Shown: positions 11,004 to 24,000 of the stretch, piece by piece
How positions within the stretch are numbered: position 1 is the stretch's first letter
Layout of the letters: every line of letters starts with the position of its first letter
Assembly: GCA_964016885.1 (NCBI GenBank)
Contig: OZ024744.1
Span: 123,132,001-123,196,000, forward strand
Direction of reading: 5' to 3'
Length of the DNA: 64,000 nt
Source: Eledone cirrhosa
Lineage: Eukaryota
The notes under the pieces: generated by a model
Told to the model about the DNA's origin: nothing
Seen by the model: only the letters and a program-made list of their open reading frames with translations
Databases searched by the model: none
Translations under genes and position numbers: made by a program

Positions 11004-11575
11004 ACTGGCCACTGGAGCCTTATATTTTTTTTGCTGTTCTTGTTATTTATTGATTTATTGTATTACAATGTACCTATCATTACCATTTCACTGGATGTAT
11101 ATATATGTTTTTCGTTTCCTTTTACAACGAACATTTTAAGCTATATTCTTCTATTTGCCGGTTTATAAATTTACCACGTAAATTTTCCGTTGAAAACCGC
11201 GCATTTGGTAAGAATGCTTATTTCTTTGGTCGCTGGCCTCTTGACCCTTCCAGGTCAACGCATTCACAACATCAACTAAAACCAGCAGAACAAGCCAGAC
11301 AATTTATTTCTGCAGCACTCTGCCTGTGAGAAATTCCCTTCGGAAGTTGGAAATTTCATGTTATACCAATGACCAGAAACCACCTGCATTCATTCTCTGG
11401 AACACATTCTTTACTGCTGTCATGTGATTGCACACATGTTAACTGTATTTTAGATATTTGAACTTTTGACCTCTTCTCTTACTTTCATTACTTTGTACCA
11501 TAATTTTCATGCCTCTTACATGCTCGCCATCTTACTCCATGCATGCTTCTTTCGATTTTGATGTTTTAAAAATCT

Positions 11576-11587
11576 GGCAGGGGATAA
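11576..11587 (+). promoter_or_regulatory. Polypurine tract
   Basis: GGCAGGGGATAA directly abuts the TGT start of the 3' LTR. Confidence 0.75.
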
Positions 11588-12031
11588 TGTAGCAAGAGTT
11601 GCCTCCCTTGCCATGACAATCTCATCACCGCTCTCAAGACAGGAAGTAGGTGGAGTTGCTTCCCTTTGGGATTGACAGACACCCTGTTGGTCACTTCCGG
11701 TCAACTCGTATAAAAGGAGCAGTTTACCACGTTATCTCCCTCTTGCCTCCTGATTTCTGAAGTGGTAACACCGGCGACCGTAGCTTGTGATGATTCCTTC
11801 TTGCTGTTCCTTCGTTACCAAGAACAATGCAACTTGCAGCCTGAGATGAGAGCCTAAGATGTCAATACCAGCTAGAAAAATTCTCTTCAGCCTCGAGTTA
11901 TGACCATCGGGTAACAAATCCTTAATATTTAATACCTTTGACTTCCATGAAGTAGAAAATTTATTATAACACACACACCGGTATTTACTGTCTTTTTTAT
12001 GTCATATGTACACCGATACTAATCTACTAAA
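11588..12031 (+). repeat. 3' LTR (444 bp)
   Basis: Begins TGTAGCAAGAG, ends ...AATCTACTAAA. About 95% identical to 6657-7117 and lacks its 17-bp segment TATTCTCTACCAACTTA. Confidence 0.95.
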
Positions 12032-12035
12032 GACT
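12032..12035 (+). other. Target-site duplication GACT (right copy)
   Basis: GACT follows the 3' LTR, then the satellite continues in register (AAATACAGTCACTGTTAAC). Confidence 0.85.
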
Positions 12036-15000
12036 AAATACAGTCACTGTTAACAGACACTGGTATTAGGACTAAATATAGTCAGTGTTAACAGATGCTG
12101 GTACTAGGACTAAATATAGTCATTGTTAACAGACACTGGTACTAGTACTAAATATATTCACTGTTAACAGACACTGGTAGTAGGACTAAATATAGTCAGT
12201 ATTAACAGACACTGGTACTAGGGCTAAATATAATCAGTGTTAACAGACACTGGTACTAGGACTAAATATAATCAGTGTTAACAGACACTGGTACTAGGAC
12301 TACCTATAGTCAGTGTTAACAGACACTGGTACTAGGACTAACTACAGTTAGTGTTAACAGACACTGATACTAGGTATAAATCTACTCAGTGTTAACAGAC
12401 ACTGGTACTAGGACTGAATATAGTCACTGTTAATAAATACTAGTATTAGGACTACCTACAGTCAGTGTTAACAGACACTGGTACTAGGACCAAATATCGT
12501 CAGTTTTAACAGACACTGGTACTAGGATTAAATATAGTCAGTGTTAACAGACACTGGTACTAGGACTAAATATAGTCACTGTTAACAGACACTGGTACCT
12601 GGACTAACAACAGTCAGTGTTAACAGACACTGGTACTAGCACTAAATATAATCACTGTTAAAAGACAATGGTACTAGGATTAAATATAATCACTGTTAAC
12701 AGACACTAGTAATAAATATAGTCACTGTTAACAGACACTGGTACTAGGTCTAACTATAGTCACTGTTAACAGACACTGGTACTAGGACTAAATATAGTCA
12801 CTGTTAACAGACACTGGTACTAAAACTAAATATAGTCAGTGTTAACAGACACTGGTACTAGCACTATCTATAGTCAGTGTTACCAGACTAAATATAGTCA
12901 CTGTTAACAGACACTGGTACTAGGGCTAAATATAGTCATTGTTAACATGCACTGGTACTAAAACTAAATATAGTCAATGTTAACAGATACTGGTACAAGG
13001 ACTAACTACAGTCAGTGTTAACAGACACTGGTACTAGGACTAAATCTACTAAGTGTTAACAGACACTGGTACTAGGTGTAAATATAAATACTGTTAACAG
13101 ACACTGGTACTAGGACTAGATATAGTCAGTGTTAACAGACACTAGTACTAAATATAGTCAGTGTTAACAGACACTGGTACTAGGACTAACTATAGTCAGT
13201 GTTAACAGACACTGGTACTAGGACTAAATATAGTCACTGTTAAAAGACACTGGTACTAGAGCTAAATATAGTCAGTGTTAACAGACACTAGTACTAGGAC
13301 TAAATATAGTCATTTTTAACAGACACTAGTACTAGGACTAAATATAGTCAGTGTTAACAGATGCTGGTACTATAACTAAATATAGTCAGTGTTTACAGAC
13401 ACTGGTACTAGGACTAAATATAGTCACTGTTAACAGACACTGGTACTAGGACTAAATATAGTCAGAGTTAACAGATACTAGCACTAGGACTAACTATAAT
13501 CACTGTTAACAGACACTGGTACTAGGACTAAATATAGTCACTGTTAACAGACACTGGTACTAGGACTAACTACAGTCAGTGTTAACAGACACTGGTACAA
13601 GGACTAAATCTTCTCAGTGTTAACAGACACTGGTAATAGTACTAAATATAGTCACGGTTAAGAGATACTGGTACTAGGACTAACTACAGTCAGGGATTAA
13701 CAGACACTGGGACTAGGACTAAATATAGTCACTGTTAACAGACACTGGTACTAGGACTAACTATAGTCACTTTTAATAGATACTAGTACTAGGAATAACT
13801 ACAGTCAGTGTTAACAGACACTGGTACTAGGGCTAAATATAGACAGTGTTACAGACACTGGTACTAGGACTAAATATAGTCACTGTTAACTGGTACTAAG
13901 ACCAAATATTGTCAATGTTAACAGAAAAAGGTACCTGGACTAACAACAGTCAGTGTTAACAGACGCTGGTACTAGGACTAAATATAGTCACTGTTAACAG
14001 ACACTGGTACCTGGACTAACAACAGTCAGTGTTAAAAGACACTGGTACCTGGACTAACAACAGTCAGTGTTAACAGACACTGGTACTAGCACTAAATATA
14101 ATCACTGTTAAAAGACACTAGTACTGAATATAGTCACTGTTAACAGACACTGGTACTAGGACTAAATATAGTCAGTGTTAACAGACACTAGTACTAGGAC
14201 TAACTACAGTTAGTGGTAACAGACACTGGTACTAGGACAAAATATAGTCAGTGTTAACAGACACTGGTACTAGGGCTAAATATAGTCAATGTTAACAGGC
14301 ACTGGTACTAAAACTAAATATAGTCACTGTTAACAGACACTGGTACTAGGACTAAATATAGTTACTGTTAATAGACACTGGTACTAGCACTATCTATAGT
14401 CAGTGTTACCAGACACTGGTACTAGGACTAAATATAGTCAAGGTTAACAGATACTGGTACAAGGACTAACTACGGTCAGAGTTAACATACACTGGTATTA
14501 GGACTAACTATAGTCACTGTTAAAAGACACTGGTACTAGGACTAAATATAGTCAGTGTTAACAGACACTAGTACTAAATATAGTCACTGTTAACAGACAC
14601 TGGTACTAGGACTAACTACAGTCAGTGTTAACAGACACTGGTACTAGGACTAACTACAGTCAGTGTTAACAGACACTGGTACTAGGGCAAAATATAGTCA
14701 CTTTTAACAGACACTGGTAATAGGACTAAATATAGTCAGTGTTAACAGACACTGGTACTAGAACTAACTACAGTCAGTGTTAACAGACATTGGTACTAGG
14801 ACTAACTATAGTCAGTGTTAACAGATACAGGTACTAGGACTATCTATAGTCACTGTTAACAGATACTAGCACTAGGACTAACTATAATCACTGTTAACAG
14901 ACACTGGTACTAGGACTAAATCTTCTCAGTGTTAACAGACACTGGTAATAGTACTAAATATAGTCACTGTTAACAGACAATGGTACTAGGACTAAATCTT

Positions 15001-18000
15001 CTCAGTGTTAACAGACACTGGTAATAGTACTAAATATAGTCAAGGTTAAGAGGTAGTTGTACTAGGACTAACTACAGTCAGGGGTTAACAGACACTGGGA
15101 CTAGGACTAAATATATTCACTGTTAACAGACACTGGTACTAGGACTAACTATAGTCACTTTTAATAGATACTAGTACTAGGAATAACTACAGTCAGTGTT
15201 AACAGACACTGGTACTAGCGCTAAATATAGTCAGTGTTACAGACACTGGTACAAGGGCTAAATATAGTCACTGTTAACAGGCACTGGTACTAGGACCAAA
15301 TATTGTCACTGTTAACAGAAACTGGTACCTGGACTAACAACAGTCAGTGTTAACAGACACTGGTACTAGCACTAAATATAATCACTGTTAAAAGACACTA
15401 GTACTCAATATAGTCACTGTTAACAGACACTGGTACTAGGGCGAAATATAGTCAGTGTTACAGACACTGGTACTAAGGCTAAATATAGTCACTGTTAACA
15501 GGCACTGGTACTAGGACCAAATATTGTCACTGTTAACAGATACTGGTACCTGGACTAACAACAGTCAGTGTTAACAGACACTGGTACTAGGACTAAATAT
15601 AATCACTGTTAACAGACACTAGTACTAAATATAGTCACTGTTAACAGACACTGGTACTAGGACTAACTATAGTCACTGTTAACAGATACTGGTACTAGGA
15701 CTAACTATAGTCACTGTTAACAGACACTGGTACTAGGACTAACTATAGTCAGTGTTAACAGACACTGGTACTAGGACTAACTGTAGTCAGTGTTAACAGA
15801 CACTGGTACTAGGACTAACTATAGTCAGTGTTAATAGACACTGGTACTAGGACTAACTACAGTCATTGTTAACAGACACTGGTACCTGGACTAACAACAG
15901 TCAGTGTTAACAGACACTGGTACCTGGACTAACAACAGTCAGTGTTAACAGACACTGGTACTAGCACTAAATATAATCACTGTTAAAAGACACTAGTACT
16001 AAATATAGTCACTGTTAACAGACACTGGTATTAGGACTAAATATAGTCAGTGTTAACAGACACTGGTACTAGGACTAACTACAGTTAGTGGTAACAGACA
16101 CTGGTACTAGGACTAAATATAGTCAGTGTTAACAGACACTGGTACTAGGGCTAAATATAGTCAGTGTTAACAGGCACTAGTACTAAATATATTCACTGGT
16201 ACTAGGGCTAAATATAGTCAATGTTAACAGGCACTGGTACTAAAACTAAATATAGTCACTGTTAACAGACACTGGTACTAGGACTAAATATAGTTACTGT
16301 TAACAGACACTGGTACTAGTACTAACTACAGTCAGTGTTAACAGACATTGGTACTAGGACTAACTATAGTCAGTGTTAACAGATACTGGTACTAGGACTA
16401 AATATAGTCACTGTTAACAGATACTGGTACTAGGACTAAATATAGTTACTGTTAACAGACCCTGGTACTAGCACTATCTATAGTCAGTGTTACCAGACAC
16501 TGGTACTAGGACTAAATATAGTCAATGTTAACAGATACTGGTACAAGGACTAACTACAGTCAGTGTTAACAGACACTGGTACTAGGACTAACTATAGTCA
16601 CTGTTAAAAGACACTGGTACTAGGACTAAATATAGTCAGTGTTAACAGACACTAGTACTAAATATAGTCACTGTTAACAGACACTGGTACTAGGACTAAC
16701 TACAGTCAGTGTTAACAGACACTGGTACTAGGACTAACTACAGTCAGTGTTAACAGACACTGGTACTAGGGCAAAATATAGTCACTTTTAACAGACACTG
16801 GTAATAGGACTAAATATAGTCAGTGTTAACAGACACTGGTACTAGGACTAAATATAGTCAGTGTTAACAGACACTAGTACTAAATATAGTCAGTGTTAAC
16901 AGACACTGGTACTAGTACTAACTACAGTCAGTGTTAACAGACATTGGTACTAGGACTAACTATAGTCAGTGTTAACAGATACAGGTACTAGGACTATCTA
17001 TAGTCACTGTTAACAGACACTGGTACTAGAACTAAGTATAGTCAGTGTTAACATACACTAGTACTAGGACTAAATATAGTCATTTTTAACAGACACTGGT
17101 ACTAGGACTAAATATAGTCAGTGTTAACAGATGCTGGTACTAGGACTAACTATAGTCAGTGTTAACAGATACTAGCACTAGGACTAACTATAATCACTGT
17201 TAACAGACACTGGTACTAGGACTAAATCTTCTCAGTGTTAACAGACACTGGTAATAGTACTAAATATAGTCACTGTTAACAGACACTGGTACTAGGACTA
17301 AATCTTCTCAGTGTTAACAGACACTGGTAATAGTACTAAATATATTCACGGTTAAGAGGTAGTGGTACTAGGACTAACTACAGTCAGGGGTTAACAGACA
17401 CTGGGACTAGGACTAAATATAGTCACTGTTAACACACACTGGTACTAGGACTAACTATAGTCACTTTTAATAGATACTAGTACTAGGAATAACTACAGTC
17501 AGTGTTAACAAACACTGGTACTAGCGCTAAATATAGTCAGTGTTACAGACACTGGTACTAGGGCTAAATATAGTCACTGTTAACAGGCACTGGTACTAGG
17601 ACCAAATATTGTCACTGTTAACAGAAACTGGTACCTGGACTAACAACAGTCAGTGTTAACAGACACTGGTACTAGCACTAAATATAATCACTGTTAAAAG
17701 ACACTAGTACTAAATATAGTCACTGTTAACAGACACTGGTACGAGGGCGAAATATAGTCAGTGTCACAGACACTGGTACGAGGGCTAAATATAGTCACTG
17801 TTAACAGGCACTGGTACTAGGACCAAATATTGTCACTGTTAACAGAAACTGGTACCTGGACTAACAACAGTCAGTGTTAACAGACACTGGTACTAGGATT
17901 AAATATAATCACTGTTAACAGACACTAGTACTAAATATAGTCACTGTTAACAGACACTGGTACTAGGACTAACTATAGTCACTGTTAACAGATACTGGCA

Positions 18001-21000
18001 CTAGGACTAACTATAGTCACTGTTAACAGACACTGGTACTAGGACTAACTATAGTCAGTGTTAACAGACACTGGTACTAGGACTAACTGTAGTCAGTGTT
18101 AACAGACACTGGTACTAGGACTAACTGTAGTCAGTGTTAACAGACACTGGTACTAGGACTAACTGTAGTCAGTGTTAACAAACACTGGTACTAGGACTAA
18201 ATATAGTCAGTGTTAACAGACACTGGTACTAGGACTAACTGTAGTCAGTGTTAACAGACACTGGTACTAGGACTAAATATAGTCAGTGTTAACAAACACT
18301 GGTACTAGGACTAAATATAGTCAGTGTTAACAGATACTTGTACTAGGAGTAACTATAGTCAGTGTTAACAGACACTGGTACTAGGACTATCTATAGTCAG
18401 TGTTAACAGACACTGGTACTAGGACTAAATATAGTCAGTGTTAACAGACACTGGTACTAGGACTAACTGTAGTCAGTGTTAACAGATACTGGTACTAGGA
18501 CTGACTATAGTCAGTGTTAACAGACACTGGTACTAGGACTAAATATAGTCAGTGTTAACAGACACTGGTACTAGGACTAACTATAGTCAGTGTTAACAGA
18601 TACTGGTACTAGGACTAAATACAGTCACTATTAACAGACACTAGTACTGGGACTAAATATAGTCAGTGTTAACAGACACTGGTACTAGGACTAAATATAG
18701 TCACTGTTAACAAATACTGGTACTAGGACTAAATATAGTCACTGTTAACAGATACTGGTACTAGGACTAAATATAGTCACTGTTAACAGATACTGGTACT
18801 AGGACTAACTATAGTCAGTGTTATCAGACACTGGTACTAGGACTAACTGTAGTCAGTCTTAACAGACACTGGTACTAGGACTAACTATAGTCAGTGTTAA
18901 CAGACACTGGTACTAGGACTAACTGTAGTCAGTGTTAACAGACACTGGTACTAGGACTAACTGTAGTCAGTGTTAACAGACACTGGTACTAGGACTAAAT
19001 ATAGTCAGTGTTAACAAACACTGGTACTAGGACTAAATATAGTCAGTGTTAACGGATACTGGTACTAGGAGTAACTTTAATCAGTGTTAACAGACACTGG
19101 TACTAGGACTATCTATAGTCAGTGTTAACAGACACTGGTACTAGGACTAAATATAGTCAGTGTTAACAGACACTGGTACTAGGACTAACTGTAGTCAGTG
19201 TTAACAGATACTGGTACTAGGACTGACTATAGTCAGTGTTAACAGACACTGGTACTAGGACTAAATATAGTCAGTGTTAACAGACACTGGTACTAGGACT
19301 AACTATAGTCAGTGTTAACAGATACTGGTACTAGGACTAAATACAGTCACTATTAACAGACACTGGTACTAGGACTAAATATAGTCAGTGTTAACAGACA
19401 CTGGTACTAGGACTAAATATAGTCACTGTTAACAGATACTGGTACTAGGACTAAATATAGTCACTGTTAACAGATACTGGTACTAGGACTAAATATAGTT
19501 ACTGTTAACAGACACTGGTACTAGTACTAACTACAGTCAGTGTTAACAGACATTGGTACTAGGACTAACTATAGTCAGTGTTAACAGATACTGGTACTAG
19601 GACTAAATATAGTCACTATTAACAGATACTGGTACTAGGACTAAATATAGTTACTGTTAACAGACACTGGTACTAGCACTATCTATAGTCAGTGTTACCA
19701 GACACTGGTACTAGGACTAAATATAGTCAATGTTAACAGATACTGGTACAAGGACTAACTACAGTCAGTGTTAACAGACACTGGTACTAGGACTAACTAT
19801 AGTCACTGTTAAAGGACAGTGGTACTAGGACTAAATATAGTCAGTGTTAACAGACACTAGTACTAAATATAGTCACTGTTAACAGACACTGGTACTAGGA
19901 CTAACTACAGTCAGTGTTAACAGACACTGGTACTAGGACTAACTACAGTCAGTGTTAACAGACACTGGTACTAGGGCAAAATATAGTCACTTTTAACAGA
20001 CACTGGTAATAGGACTAAATATAGTCAGTGTTAACAGACACTGGTACTAGGACTAACTATAGTCACTGTTAACAGATACTGGTACTAGGAGTAACTATAG
20101 TCAGTGTTAACAGACACTGGTACTAGGACTATCTATAGTCAGTGGTAACAGACACTGGTACTAGGACTAAATATAGTCAGTGTTAACAGACACTGGTACT
20201 AGGACTAACTGTAGTCAGTGTTAACAGATACTGGTACTAGGACTGACTATAGTCAGTGTTAACAGACACTGGTACTAGGACTAAATATAGTCAGTGTTAA
20301 CAGACACTGGTACTAGGACTAACTATAGTCAGTGTTAGCAGATACTGGTACTAGGACTAAATACAGTCACTATTAACAGACACTGGTACTAGGACTAAAT
20401 ATAGTCAGTGTTAACAGACACTGGTACTAGGACTAAATATAGTCACTGTTAACAGATACTGGTACTAGGACTAAATATAGTCACTGTTAACAGATACTGG
20501 TACTAGGACTAAATATAGTCACTGTTAACAGATAGTGGTACTAGGACTAAATATAGTCACTGTTAACAGATACTGGTACTAGGACTAAATATAGTCACCG
20601 TTAACAGATACTGGTACTAGGACTAAATATAGTCAGTGTTAACAGATACTGGTACTAGGACTGACTATAGTCAGTGTTAACAGATACTGGTACTAGGACT
20701 AACTATAGTCAGTGTTAACAGACACTGGTACTAGGACTAACTGTAGTCAGTGTTAACAGACACTGGTACTAGGACTAACTATAGTCAGTGTTAACAGACA
20801 CTGATACTAGGACTAACTGTAGTCAGTGTTAACAGACACTGGTACTAGGACTAACTGTAGTCAGTGTTAACAGACACTGGTACTAGGACTAACTGTAGTC
20901 AGTGTTAACAGACACTGGTACTAGGACTAACTATAGTCAGTGTTAACACACACTGGTACTAGGACTAACTGTAGTCAGTGTCAACAGACACTGGTACTAG

Positions 21001-24000
21001 GACTAACTGTAGTCAGTGTTAACAGACACTGGTACTAGGACTAACTGTAGTCACTGTTAACAGACACTGGTACTAGGACTAACTATAGTCAGTGTTAATA
21101 GACACTGGTACTAGGACTAACTACAGTCATTGTTAACAGACACTGGTACCTGGACTAACAACAGTCAGTGTTAACAGACACTGGTACCTGGACTAACAAC
21201 AGTCAGTGTTAACAGACACTGGTACTAGCACTAAATATAATCACTGTTAAAAGACACTAGTACTAAATAAAGTCACTGTTAACAGACACTGGTACTAGGA
21301 CTAAATATAGTCAGTGTTAACAGACACTGGTACTAGGACTAACTACAGTTAGTGGTAACAGACACTGGTACTAGGACAAAATATAGTCAGTGTTAACAGA
21401 CACTGGTACTAGGGCTAAATATAGTCAGTGTTAACAGGCACTAGTACTAAATATATTCACTGGTACTAGGGCTAAATATAGTCAATGTTAACAGGCACTG
21501 GTACTAAAACTAAATATAGTCACTGTTAACAGACACTGGTACTAGGACTAAATATAGTTACTGTTAACAGACACTGGTACTAGCACTATCTATAGTCAGT
21601 GTTACCAGACACTGGTACTAGGACTAAATATAGTTACTGTTAACAGACACTGGTACTAGTACTAACTACAGTTAGTGTTAACAGACATTGGTACTAGGAC
21701 TAACTATAGTCAGTGTTAACAGATACTGGTACTAGGACTAAATATAGTCACTGTTAACAGACACTGGTACTAGGACTAAATATAGTTACTGTTAACAGAC
21801 ACTGGTACTAGCACTATCTATAGTCAGTGTTACCAGACACTGGTACTAGGACTAAATATAGTCAATGTTAACAGATACTGGTACAAGGACTAACTACAGT
21901 CAGTGTTAACAGACACTGGTACTAGGACTAACTATAGTCACTGTTAAAAGACACTGGTACTAGGACTAAATATAGTCAGTGGTAACAGACACTAGTACTA
22001 AATATAGTCACTGTTAACAGACACTGGTACTAGGACTAACTACAGTCAGTGTTAACAGACACTGGTACTAGGGCAAAATATAGTCACTTTTAACAGACAC
22101 TGGTAATAGGACTATATATAGTCAATGTTAACAGACACTGGTACTAGTACTAACTACAGTCAGTGTAAACAGACATTGGTACTAGGACTAACTATAGTCA
22201 GTGTTAACAGATACAGGTACTAGGACTATCTATAGTCACTGTTAACAGACACTGGTACTAGAACTAAGTATAGTCAGTGTTAACAGACACTAGTACTAGG
22301 ACTAAATATAGTCATTTTTAACAGACACTGGTACTAGGACTAAATATAGTCAGTGTTAACAGATGCTGGTACTAGGACTAAATATAGTCAGTGTTAACAG
22401 ATACTAGCACTAGGACTAACTATAATCACTGTTAACAGACACTGGTACTAGGACTAAATCTTCTCAGTGTTAACAGACACTGGTAATAGTACTAAATATA
22501 GTCACTGTTAACAGACACTGGTACTAGGACTAACTATAGTCACTGTTAACAGATACTGGTACTAGGGCTAACTATAGTCACTGTTAACAGACACTGGTAC
22601 TAGGACTAACTATAGTCAGTGTTAACAGACACTGGTACTAGGACTAACTGTAGTCAGTGTTAACAGACACTGGTACTAGGACTAACTGTAGTCAGTGTTA
22701 ACAGACACTGGTACTAGGACTAAATGTAGTCAGTGTTAACAAACACTGGTACTAGGACTAAATATAGTTAGTGTTAACAGACACTGGTACTAGGACTAAC
22801 TATAGTCAGTGTTAACAGACACTGGTACTAGGACTAACTGTAGTCAGTGTTAACAGACACTGGTACTAGGACTAACTGTAGTCAGTGTTAACAGTCACTG
22901 GTACTAGGACTAAATATAGTCAGTGTTAACAAACACTGGTACTAGGACTAAATATAGTCAGTGTTAACGGATACTGGTACTAGGAGTAACTATAGTCAGT
23001 GTTAACAGACACTGGTACTAGGACTATCTATAGTCAGTGTTAACAGACACTGGTACTAGGACTAAATATAGTCAGTGTTAACAGACACTGGTACTAGGAC
23101 TAACTGTAGTCAGTGTTAACAGATACTGGTACTAGGACTGACTATAGTCAGTGTTAACAGACACTGGTACTAGGACTAAATATAGTCAGTGTTAACAGAC
23201 ACTGGTACTAGGACTAACTATAGTCAGTGTTAACAGATACTGGTACTAGGACTAAATACAGTCACTATTAACAGACACTGGTACTAGGACTGAATATAGT
23301 CAGTGTTAACAGACACTGGTACTAGGACTAAATATAGTCACTGTTAACAGATACTGGTACTAGGACTAAATATAGTCACTGTTAACAGATACTGGTACTA
23401 GGACTAAATATAGTCACTGTTAACAGATACTGGTACTAGGACTAAATATAGTCACTGTTAACAGATACTGGTACTAGGACTAAATATACTCAGTGTTAAC
23501 AGACACTGGTACTAGGACTAACTGTAGTCAGTGTTAACAGACACTGGTACTAGGACTAACTATAGTCAGTGTTAACAGACACTGGTACTAGGACTAACTG
23601 TAGTCAGTGTTAACAGACACTAGTACTAGGACTAACTGTAGTCAGTGTTAACAGACACTGGTACTAGGACTAACTATAGTCAGTGTTAACAGACACTGGT
23701 ACTAGGACTAACTACAGTCACTGTTAACAGACACTGGTACTAGGACTAACTATAGTCAGTGTTAATAGACACTGGTACTAGGACTAACTACAGTCATTGT
23801 TAACAGACACTGGTACCTGGACTAACAACAGTCAGTGTTAACAGACACTGGTATCTGGACTAACAACAGTCAGTGTTAACAGACACTGGTACTAGGACTA
23901 AATATAGTCAGTGTTAACAGACACTGGTACTAGGACTAACTACAGTTAGTGGTAACAGACACTGGTACTAGGACTAAATATAGTCAGTGTTAACAGACAC

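Larger units (their letters stand above)
6657..12031 (+). mobile_element. Ty3/Gypsy LTR retrotransposon, Kabuki/CsRn1/Boudicca-like clade, decayed (5375 bp)
   Basis: Paired LTRs (6657-7117, 11588-12031), GACT duplicated on both flanks, tRNA-Trp PBS, PPT, gag remnant with C-X2-H-X9-C-X3-C, and pol in PR-RT-RH-IN order (Gypsy order). The clade call is inferred from the CHCC motif plus the Trp PBS. Confidence 0.95.

Noticed and set aside
10846-11329. Possible env-like ORFs (10846-11139, 11105-11329)
   Set aside because: Too short, from T-rich sequence, and lacking signal peptide, furin site or fusion-protein architecture.
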